DNA of 20,000 nucleotides from an uncultured Methanosarcinales archaeon (lineage in GTDB: Archaea; Nanobdellota; Nanobdellia; Woesearchaeales; CALCXY01), in the NCBI GenBank assembly GCA_964385185.1, contig CAYLOA010000003.1, positions 56,736 through 76,735 of the forward strand, given 5' to 3'. The position numbers and the translations under genes were made by a program. This document shows positions 7,921 through 16,500 of the stretch, piece by piece. A model generated the notes under the pieces. It was not told where the DNA came from and ran no database searches. It worked only from the letters and a program-made list of their open reading frames with translations. Position 1 is the stretch's first letter. Each line of letters begins with the position of its first letter.

Positions 7921-8241
7921 ATGACAATATCAAATAAATTAAAAAGAGAAATTAATGGTGTTACAACACTTTTGAGTTATTTTCATAATAACACAGATAT
8001 CATAGTTCCAGATTTAAGTCTAGAATTCATAGAGTTTGTTGATACTGACAGATATAATTGGAACCTAGACACTAGAGATTGTGTGAGACTTATTGAGAAA
8101 GTTGAACTTAATGTTAATGAGATGTCTACTAAAGATCAAGGATGGCAACAAGATATACATACATTGAAAAATCAAATCAGAATGATCTTGAATGTAATGC
8201 ATGCAAACCCTCCAGCCCAAGATCGAGCTATTTTTCAGTAA
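7921..8241 (+). CDS. Hypothetical protein
   Basis: 106-aa ORF with SD-like GAGGCGA at 7908-7914 and TATA-like TTTATTAA at 7868-7875. No family recognised. Confidence 0.7.
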   Translation: MTISNKLKREINGVTTLLSYFHNNTDIIVPDLSLEFIEFVDTDRYNWNLDTRDCVRLIEKVELNVNEMSTKDQGWQQDIHTLKNQIRMILNVMHANPPAQDRAIFQ

Positions 8242-8246
8242 CGTGG

Positions 8247-8279
8247 GTAATTATATAATTACGCCTAAAATTTTATAAA
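8247..8279 (+). promoter_or_regulatory. 16-bp palindrome followed by a TATA box
   Basis: GTAATTATATAATTAC (8247-8262) is a perfect palindrome; TTTTATAAA lies at 8271-8279. Confidence 0.55.
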
Positions 8280-8317
8280 CCCTCTATTAGAAGTAGATTC
8301 TCAGGAGGTGAAACTAA

Positions 8318-8416
8318 ATGGATAAAAAAGAAGATATTATGACTGCCAGTGGTGTATGGATAGCATCTACCACAGGATCAGAATATGTGCCAAATGTTTG
8401 GTATGTACCAAGATAA
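8318..8416 (+). CDS. 32-aa small protein (MDKKEDIMTASGVWIASTTGSEYVPNVWYVPR)
   Basis: Perfect SD AGGAGGTGA (8303-8311) 6 nt before the ATG, its own TATA box, and it fills the gap between two genes. It is below the ORF-track size cut-off. Confidence 0.7.
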   Translation: MDKKEDIMTASGVWIASTTGSEYVPNVWYVPR

Positions 8417-8461
8417 AGGATTTATCGAAACCTTTACAAACTTCTGGGACAATCATACGTT

Positions 8462-8821
8462 ATGGTTGTTCAAGTTGTTTTATTCATTGCTTTTGGAGTC
8501 CTCATATGGTACATTTTCACTCTTCATAGAAAAATCACAAATCAAAATGTGGCATATGGTCAATTGAAAAGTGAGCTTCATTCTAGATCTGTTAAGCATG
8601 GATTTGCTTGGGAGCAATTTGTTCCGTTCATTAAACATTTTCCTTACAACAAGAATAACTTCAAATTCCTAGGAATACCGGTTGATGGAATTGCCTTTGA
8701 GGATGGTAAAATAGTACTATGTGAATTTAAAACAGGGAATTCTCAACTAAACAATTCTCAGAAAAAAGTTAAAAAATTAGTAGAAGAAGGAAAGGTCACT
8801 TTCGAAGAATTCAGATACTAG
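8462..8821 (+). CDS. Membrane-anchored Holliday-junction-resolvase-like PD-(D/E)xK endonuclease (Endonuc_Holl/COG4741-like)
   Basis: N-terminal TM, then SRSVKHG..WEQFVPF, FLGIPVDGIAF and EFKTGNSQL (D..ExK catalytic motif). Confidence 0.85.
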   Translation: MVVQVVLFIAFGVLIWYIFTLHRKITNQNVAYGQLKSELHSRSVKHGFAWEQFVPFIKHFPYNKNNFKFLGIPVDGIAFEDGKIVLCEFKTGNSQLNNSQKKVKKLVEEGKVTFEEFRY

Positions 8822-8872
8822 TAGTTTAAATTCCGAAACCTTTACAAGTTATGACCATTCTCCTACCATAGT

Positions 8873-9526
8873 ATGAGAAGTAAAGAATATTTTATAATAA
8901 AAAATAAGTTTGATGATGAGCTTAAGAAGTTCATATGAAATAGGGATGGGAATAAGTGTAAGAATTGTAATAAAAATTTTTTTACTGAGGTAGACTATGT
9001 TAAAAAATATTGTAAAGAATTATCAAAAATTGAAGAGTTTGAAGTTTTTAAATGGACACAAACTTGTAACAATTGTTTAAAAGATACACCTAGAGTTAGT
9101 TATTATGTTGAACTTGATTATCCTTATTGTATAGGACAGCAAGAAAAGCTTGATAAACTTTTATTGGACAAGTATGAATTTGTTAAAGATGGTTTTAGTT
9201 GTACCATGGATTCTAAATGTATTGCTAACCATTATATTCATTGTGAAATGATTCAAGGAAATTACTATATTAGGGGTGAAATAAATGATCTCCGTTTGGA
9301 AGAAGGAATGCCTAAAGAATTAATGGATGGTACTATTCCCAATGTTTTGAAAAAAGAGGATTTACATATTATGGAAGAAAATGTTCAGCCAAGAATGGAA
9401 AAAGAACCCCATGAAGGTCATGTCCACCATATTGATGAAAATAGAATGAATAACCACCCTGACAATTTAATGCTCCTTTGTATCAATTGTCATACTAAGA
9501 TGCACTGCGAAGAGAAAAATGATTGA
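8873..9526 (+). pseudogene. HNH endonuclease with inserted zinc ribbon, interrupted by an in-frame TGA
   Basis: ATG 8873 is in frame with track ORF 9164-9526. A single TGA at 8936-8938 precedes NRDGNKCKNC. C-terminal HVHHIDENRMNN..NL..LCINCH is an HNH motif. Confidence 0.75.
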
Positions 9527-9895
9527 TTTTATAGAAGAGTTCTGGGATGCTATGCCGAGCTGGGTAAAAGCTACATTGATTAGTATGGCTTTTGGTTTTA
9601 CGCTTATTTTGGCAATTAATTTATTTGTTGGTGAAGAGGAGCGAAACATGTAGAAGAAGCCCTAGGAGCAGAGGAAACCGTTAATACAATGGTTCAGGAA
9701 AGTGTTGCGGAAGGAACATCACTCGTCGCAGTCGAGCTAACTACAGAAATGATAGAAGTAGGAGAACATTTGGCACAAGATTTTAAGAATCCTCGAGATA
9801 GAGCCACATTTCAATTTTTCTGGAACATACTTATTGTGTTGCTTGGCATAGCAATTTTACTCACAGGTTATCAAGCTATTAGGAAAGTAATATAG
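9519..9895 (+). pseudogene. Two-TM membrane protein, apparently split by a 1-nt frameshift
   Basis: ATG 9519 overlaps the HNH gene end and encodes a TM segment, stopping at 9653. The -1 frame is open from 9635 (GAKHVEEALGAEETVNT) into track ORF 9689-9895, which carries a second TM. Confidence 0.55.
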
Positions 9896-9902
9896 ATTAT
9901 TT

Positions 9903-10886
9903 CTACCCTACATGGACAAGTCTTTCTAAATCATTCCATAATCTATCAAACTCTTTGAGATATTGATTGGCAATTTCTTTATTGTGGATGATTAATACAT
10001 TTTCATCATTGGCTGTGTTTCCATTGCTTGTTGGGTTGTATGAACCTGTAATTACTATTTTATTGTCGAGAATAAACACTTTATGGTGGAATGTGGCAGA
10101 GGTGTTGTCACCTTTAATGTTCATGCCTAGTTTTTGCATGTTTTGATACTGTTCATATTTCATATTCGTTCTTGAAGATTCATGGATACCTTTAATGTTG
10201 GCTGTGTGTCGTTTTCTGATTAAAAGATTTGCAATATCTTTGTCTGTGAATGAGAATGTCATAAAACGGATAGATGTGGCGTTGTTAATTAAGGGTAAGA
10301 TATGTGTTTTACAGTTATCTTCAGGACAGAAATAGTTCTCAATCTTGTTATTGTTGATTATTATTTTTGGATAAGGAACAGGAGGGCCACCACTATATTG
10401 TCCTTCCCACATTTCATCAAATTCAGCTTGGTAGTTTATGGCTAAAGCAGGGGAGGCAATGAATAAAAGATTGTTATTGTTTTTTGTATTTCCCCTTACT
10501 GTGGGGTTCATTGACCCTGTAATGACTACTGTGTTATCTAAGATACAGAATTTGTTATGCATGAGTTTTTTCCCTTTAGAGAGTTTGTAGTTGAGGTTTT
10601 TAATGTTATTTTTTGGGAGATGTTTCTCATAGGTATTATGGATGATTATTTTATGTTCCTTTTTTGCTATGCTGTTAGTAAGATCTGCTAATTGTAAATC
10701 AAAAAATGCACATTCGACGATCTTTGCTTGATTGATATATGCAATCATTTCTCGTTCACAGTTATCTTGTGGACAGAAGAGTATTTTGAAGAGGGAAGTT
10801 TGCTCAGTTGGATGTTGTTGTGTTGAAGGTGCTTCGGAACATGCAATTAAGAGTATAATTATGAAGATTAGGGTTATTTTTTTCAT
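9903..10886 (-). CDS. Phospholipase D superfamily lipoprotein with two HKD motifs (Nuc-like nuclease/phosphodiesterase)
   Basis: Lipobox-like LLIAC; HNKFCILD...TGSMN and HHKVFILD...TGSYN; duplicated FCPxDNC domain starts. Confidence 0.9.
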   Translation of the reverse strand: MKKITLIFIIILLIACSEAPSTQQHPTEQTSLFKILFCPQDNCEREMIAYINQAKIVECAFFDLQLADLTNSIAKKEHKIIIHNTYEKHLPKNNIKNLNYKLSKGKKLMHNKFCILDNTVVITGSMNPTVRGNTKNNNNLLFIASPALAINYQAEFDEMWEGQYSGGPPVPYPKIIINNNKIENYFCPEDNCKTHILPLINNATSIRFMTFSFTDKDIANLLIRKRHTANIKGIHESSRTNMKYEQYQNMQKLGMNIKGDNTSATFHHKVFILDNKIVITGSYNPTSNGNTANDENVLIIHNKEIANQYLKEFDRLWNDLERLVHVG

Positions 10887-10967
10887 AATTAATTATAGAA
10901 CTCGTGTTTAATATGTCCTTGTACTCTATTTTGTAAATATTTCTGGAGAACCTGAATCTATTCGGAG

Positions 10968-11423
10968 TTACTTTGCTAATTTTTTTATTTTTTCAATACT
11001 TTTTCGTAATGTTTGTGGAATGTCCGGAAAGGATTTTTTCATGGCATCAGTTATTTTTTCTACTGAAGTATCTTTAGTCATTGGTTCAAATTTTAGGTTG
11101 TGTTTTTTAGCTAAGATAACAGTTTCTTTATCTGTTAAGGGCAGGAATAATTTTACTAACTTCTTGTCTTCTACTATTTTTTTCTTGTTAAAAACTGTAT
11201 GAAGAAATGTGTTATTCTCATCATCTGTCGTCCAAGGGAGCACAATCTTGGTTGCTTTTTCCTCTTCAGATGTGAATGTAATGGGTAGGTCTCCTACAAT
11301 ATCTTTTACCATATGCTTGACAAATGGATCTTTAGCCAGAATGATGTCATTCTTTTGGAATATTCTCTCTAATCGAGCATACTTTCTGAGCTTTTTCTCC
11401 AATTTTTCAATTTCTTTATCCAT
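10968..11423 (-). CDS. Hypothetical protein resembling a degenerate TtuA/TtcA (PP-loop tRNA thiolase) fold
   Basis: 151-aa ORF with TATA TTTAAAAA about 25 nt upstream. Segments match TtuA/TtcA motifs by eye only. Confidence 0.7.
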   Translation of the reverse strand: MDKEIEKLEKKLRKYARLERIFQKNDIILAKDPFVKHMVKDIVGDLPITFTSEEEKATKIVLPWTTDDENNTFLHTVFNKKKIVEDKKLVKLFLPLTDKETVILAKKHNLKFEPMTKDTSVEKITDAMKKSFPDIPQTLRKSIEKIKKLAK

Positions 11424-11554
11424 TTATAGAAGTAGGTCTCTTTCTCTTTTTAAATTGTATTATGGAGTGTAGATTTCTTTGGTGTTCACTTGTTACCACT
11501 CACAGATGAACCATTAAGCGAAACATTTATATACCTGCTATACTACTCTATAGT

Positions 11555-11648
11555 AGTGTGGGGGATTGGTTTTATGACTAACCCTTATTTTCACAATCAC
11601 CTCTTTTTCCCTTCGGCGGGTTGCTTCGGTAACCCGTTGTTGGGTTTT
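11555..11648 (+). ncRNA. Candidate two-hairpin small RNA
   Basis: CGAAA BRE (11519-11523) and TTTATATA (11526-11533) with no credible downstream CDS; hairpin 1 at 11558-11588; hairpin 2 at 11609-11644 with a C(UUCG)G tetraloop and G-U pairs; T4 after it. Confidence 0.65.
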
Positions 11649-11652
11649 ATTA

Positions 11653-13515
11653 TCATTTATCTTTTACTTGTTTTCTATTTACTTTTTTGTATTTCTTTTT
11701 CTTCTTTTTCGATGTATTGATGAGTTTGAAATTTACTATTCCAGCAGCAAGGAATAATCCAGCGGCTAGTCCTGCAGTGAAGAGCACAATATTATTTTGA
11801 TATTTGACCAGGAACGATCCAATATAGCTATTTTTAAGATTCTTCAGTTCATTTCTTGTCATAAATCTTCCCGTTAAGGAGTTCTTGGTGTTGAAATACA
11901 TGTTAAAATTGCTGAGTTCTGCAGCATATTCTATGTAGATGAGTGATGAATACGGATCCTGAGTAGATAAGGAGTTAGCGTATTCATAATAACTGTATCC
12001 TAAGATTGGAAATATTCCTTTTTGTATTTCTCTGTGTAGACTTTTTTGAACAATAGCTAATTTATCTTTAATTACGGTTTGTAGTTGATCTTCTTGTACT
12101 CCTAGATTGTTTAAAACTACATTGGCTCCTGCTTTTGCTTTTGATGCTGTAAAGAGACAGAGGGCAAATGATCCATTTCTTTGATAGTATTTTGCTTCTT
12201 TTATTTCATCAGCTGCATCTTGGGCAGAATTGGGAAGATAGATTCTTGCATATTGTAATCGTTCTTCAGCTTCACTAATCTTTTTTACACACGATATTTC
12301 TACTACTTCTGGATCTAGTTTTGCTCTTGTAGATCCCGTATCAAAAAAGGTTGCCCATGATAGAGCCGAGTATCCTCTTTCCATAGCATATGCCAGTTGA
12401 TCTGTACTAGAGGAGTTTTGTTCTAAAATTTCTTCTAATTCAGTTATGGCTTCATCAACTCTTAATTTTACTATCAAATAACTTTGGACATCGGTTAATG
12501 TGGTGAGTGGTTTGTAATCAATTTCCCTACTTAAATCTGTAAATGTGAAATGTAATTCTTGTGCTCTCTCTTGAATTTGTTCTGATGTGAGGTTTTGTAA
12601 TTCAAGAATTAATCTTCTGTATTGATAATTTGCACCGAAGCAATACGATGCTGCAGAGTAATAGCTTCCTTCTCCCTGAGCTTTATCAGCTCGAGTGGTG
12701 AGGTTGATAATTTGTAATTCTCTTTCTGTCATATCTGGGCTGATTTCTACTTTCGTATGGGACTCCAGGAATTTATTTTGTAATCCTTGCGCTCTTGAGC
12801 AGAGTTTATCTGCTAAGTTTTCCATTACTTTGCTATACTGATCGTCAAGGATAATTTCATAATTTCCATTTGAATTGTTGATAGGCGTGTAATGTGCCAA
12901 GGCATCTACAATATCTCCTACTTCTATTACCTCAATTCCTATTTCATTTCCAAAGGCTACTAAGTCTAATGATTGGGATGTTATGTTTTCTTTATGATAT
13001 CTTGTACCCGATGGAATAAGAACTTTCTCTAGATGGTTGTCATTTGCAGCTTGTATTTTGGCTTTTATTCCCGATACAGGTCCTATAAAACCTCCTGAGT
13101 TGATTGTTCCGGTCATGGCAACCTTTGCATCTGGCTGTTCTCCTTCGAGTAACGCCATGGTAAGGATGGTGATGGCAGCACCGGCTGAAGGACCACCGAT
13201 AATATATGAATCAGAGTTTATGGTATAGATAAAGTCATATTTTGAACAGTCTTTTTCTAGAATGGAGCAAGCTACATCCTTTGCAAATCTTGTTGAGATT
13301 TGAGTATCTACTTTCGTTAATGGGAACGTTTCAATAAATACTCTCCCTTTACCTGATTGAAGTTCTAGGGTGAGGTCTGCTACCGATCCTTGATTTGTTT
13401 CTTCTTGGACTGCTAGTAGGGCTATATTTCCTGTCATAGGTCGGGCAGCAGCTGTTGTGCAGAGTATCAAAAGAAGTCCTATGAGTAATAGTGTTGATTT
13501 TGACAGGTTGTTCAT
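11653..13515 (-). CDS. Secreted, membrane-anchored Lon-type (peptidase S16) serine protease without AAA+ domain (COG1750-like)
   Basis: Signal peptide; IGGPSAGAA (catalytic Ser); MTGTINSGGFIGPVSGIKAK (catalytic Lys); helical region with YYSAASYCFGA; C-terminal TM and Lys-rich tail. Confidence 0.9.
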   Translation of the reverse strand: MNNLSKSTLLLIGLLLILCTTAAARPMTGNIALLAVQEETNQGSVADLTLELQSGKGRVFIETFPLTKVDTQISTRFAKDVACSILEKDCSKYDFIYTINSDSYIIGGPSAGAAITILTMALLEGEQPDAKVAMTGTINSGGFIGPVSGIKAKIQAANDNHLEKVLIPSGTRYHKENITSQSLDLVAFGNEIGIEVIEVGDIVDALAHYTPINNSNGNYEIILDDQYSKVMENLADKLCSRAQGLQNKFLESHTKVEISPDMTERELQIINLTTRADKAQGEGSYYSAASYCFGANYQYRRLILELQNLTSEQIQERAQELHFTFTDLSREIDYKPLTTLTDVQSYLIVKLRVDEAITELEEILEQNSSSTDQLAYAMERGYSALSWATFFDTGSTRAKLDPEVVEISCVKKISEAEERLQYARIYLPNSAQDAADEIKEAKYYQRNGSFALCLFTASKAKAGANVVLNNLGVQEDQLQTVIKDKLAIVQKSLHREIQKGIFPILGYSYYEYANSLSTQDPYSSLIYIEYAAELSNFNMYFNTKNSLTGRFMTRNELKNLKNSYIGSFLVKYQNNIVLFTAGLAAGLFLAAGIVNFKLINTSKKKKKKYKKVNRKQVKDK

Positions 13516-13567
13516 TTTTAGATGGAAGATATCATACTATAAAAAAGTATATGAGCTGGGGGATGTA

Positions 13568-16500
13568 CTATTTATTCGCCCACTCATTGTAGATATCATG
13601 TGCCTCCTGTATTTTTTTGTAGAGTTTGTTTTTCATTGGTTTTGATACGTACTTTGAGGAGGCTAATATGGTGTACTCAGCTAATGCTTCTTTGTACCAT
13701 TTTCTAGCCATTCTGAATTCTTTTTTCTTCGCAAGTTTTTCCATAATATCTACTGTTTTCAGTACATTATTAGCTCTGCTCTTGATGTGGGCAGGATTAT
13801 CTTCTACCTTAGGGTGTTTATGGATTATTTTATTCATTCCCCATGGTTTCCACCAAGATATGTTATTTGTGTTCTTTGATTTTGGTTTTGATTTTCGGAC
13901 TATTGGTTTTTGTTGAACTTGTGGAGTTGGTTTTTCTTTGAATTGGAGATTCTTAATTGCTTTTGAGACGGTTCCCATATGACTCTTTATGCTGTGTTTG
14001 AGGGTGTGAATCGTGTAGGCAATTTTTGCTTTTTGTTCATCTGATAAGAAATTACTTTCCATGTATCTGTTTGCATCTTCCTCTAGTGATTTTTCTACAG
14101 AAGATGCGTCAATAGTATCTCCTGCTTCAAGGTAGTGTTCAATCTGAGTTTTCTTTTGATTGAATTTTGCAAGTAATGAAGATGATTCTATTCTCTGAAT
14201 ATTTCTATATGCTGTTGTTAACATTGCGTGGATTTGTTTCTTGATTATAGTTGGGAGTTGTCTGCCCTCAGGAGCGTTGTATTTTTTATGCATTTTTATG
14301 TATATGGCAATAGCTTTTTGAGGATTGTTTTCGTCTAGTAGTTGTAAGAGTTTCTTTGTGTTATCTTCAAACCATTGTTTTTTATCTTGGTGTGGTTCAT
14401 CATCTGTGGATTCTTTTTTGGCTGTAGTTTTATGTTTTCTTCTCCAGACCCAGATGAGTCCTATAAGTAAGGTGAAGAATATGATTCCACCAACTGAAGA
14501 TGAAGCATCTCCTCCAAATCCGAAAGCTCTTCCGATCAATCCAGATCTTCTACTTTGGCTGTTTTCAATAAATGTAAGTAGAGAGTCATCTTGACAACTA
14601 TCTAGTGTGAGTGGAGGTGTGCTTATCTCACATTCTCTAATGTCTAAGCATGATCTTTCTCTGAGTCCTTCATTTTCTTCTCCACAGGCTGACCATGGGG
14701 TGCAACTCCAATCCGGTACACAGTCTAATTGTGTTGGGGCTCCAGAGAGTGCGAATAAGGAGAAACTCTTTGGTCTTCCTACAAAGAATACAAAGCCATC
14801 TTTTTCATCTACTCTTTCAGTTGGTTGTGCAATCCATTTTGATCCCACCTGTTTGTATAGGCCAATACTAGGATCTTCTTCTAGAAGCTCAACAGGGATT
14901 CTGTAGACTATTTCTGCAAAGGCAAAGTCGTCCTTTTGTAGATTGTTTTCAATTTCGTAGTAGTTTAAGACGTTGGCATCGAATACTTGTTCTTCAGCTG
15001 GAGTTATTATTTTTATGACGTTGATGTTGACTCCTGTTCGCAGCTGTTTGAGGATAAATCGTATTCCTAACATATATTCATCTTTCACTGGGAGGTTGTA
15101 GGACTCTCCATCTCTTATTACAGCAAAGAATTTTCTATTTAGATTCTTGGATGCAATTGGTTTAGGAACTTGGATAGGTGCAATTGTTGAACTTCCTCCT
15201 CCTGCTCCTCCACCGCCACCGCCTCCTCCTGAGTCTCCGCTGGATGGAGTAGCTGTAGTACATCCTTCATCGATGGATCCATCACAATCATTATCAATAC
15301 TATCTGAACATACTTCTGCAACTCCTGGATTGACGTTTGCGTCATTATCATTACAATCCAATCCTGATCTTTGATCTGAATCATATCCATCACTGTCAAT
15401 GTCATTTGTTACAATCAGGGTAATGTTATTGCTGGCAATACTTGTTGACTGGTTAGTAGCGTTGATGATAATGTTAGTTGTAGTTGTGTTGTTCGGGAAT
15501 GGAATTAAGGTTAAGTTTTCTCCTGTAATGTTTACTGTGATATTTTCAGGGAAGGATGCTGTGAAATTAAATAAGTCATTATCATCATCCGAAAAGTAGA
15601 GTGAGAGGTTTAATGAAATATTAGTATCTGAAATCCAGGTTTGATTTGGAATAACTGATGCAGTTTGTGGTGTATCTCGTATGGTAATTGTAGTATTTGT
15701 AGCTGTGCCATTAGTAGTTCCATCTCCAAAGGTTACTTGGGCCGTCCAGTTTTGTGGATGGGAGGTATTTCCAGCCAAAATTGTGGAAATGTAGGTGAGA
15801 TTGTTGTCATTTATTCTAATACTGAACTGAGTAAGGTCTTCCCATTCTACCGTGTTGTTAAACCATCTAATGTGAGCTGTAATGTTATCATTATCTGTAT
15901 CTGTAGTGTTCACCCAAAGAGTTAGGTTTTCTAAGGTTCTATTTGCTGCTGATGTATTGGATGTGTTTAGAACTATTGAATTTGTAGTTGGGGCAGAGTT
16001 TGCAGGGAGGATGATTAGGGAGTGATTTTCAGGTGATGTGTTGAGCGTTCCGTCTCCTACCACTATTTGTGCCGTCCAATTATCATGTACCGTTGTGTTT
16101 GAGGATATAATTGTTGAAATAAGTTGGAGAATATTGTCTGTATTAGAGAAAGTAGTGTTAAGAGTTTTGTTTTCTGTGGAGTTGGTGAACCATCTTACAT
16201 ACGTTGTTAAAGTATCTGTGTCATTATCTGTTGAGTTTATCCACAGGGTTAGATTTTGTGTAGATAGATTGGAGTTTCCAGCTGATGTATTGAACACAAC
16301 TTGCGATATCGCTGGAGGGGTGTTGTTTATGAGTATTGAGAGGTTGAGGATTGAAGAGTTTAAGGTATTGTCTCCTACGATAATAGATGCTGTCCAATTT
16401 TCTCCTTTTGTTGTATTTGGACTGTAAATAGTCGAAACTAAGGTGAAACTATCAGCCGTTACATCGGTGGTAGCGAATGAGGTATCTCCATTGAGTGTAA

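Noticed and set aside
8385..8567. 60-aa track ORF
   Set aside because: It overlaps both the SD-supported 32-aa ORF and the endonuclease gene in another frame and has no start signals.
8936..8938. Alternative genetic code or selenocysteine at the in-frame TGA
   Set aside because: TGA terminates other genes in the window, the position is not a Cys motif site, and no SECIS-like element was recognised.
11538..11603. Minus-strand GAGGTGA followed by an 18-codon GTG ORF (MKIRVSHKTNPPHYYRVV)
   Set aside because: SD-to-start spacing is only 2 nt and the G-U pairing favours the plus strand. Not fully excluded.
11490..11720. 76-aa plus-strand track ORF
   Set aside because: TTG start upstream of the promoter, no SD, and it spans the hairpins and overlaps the protease 3' end. 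An RNA explains the region better.
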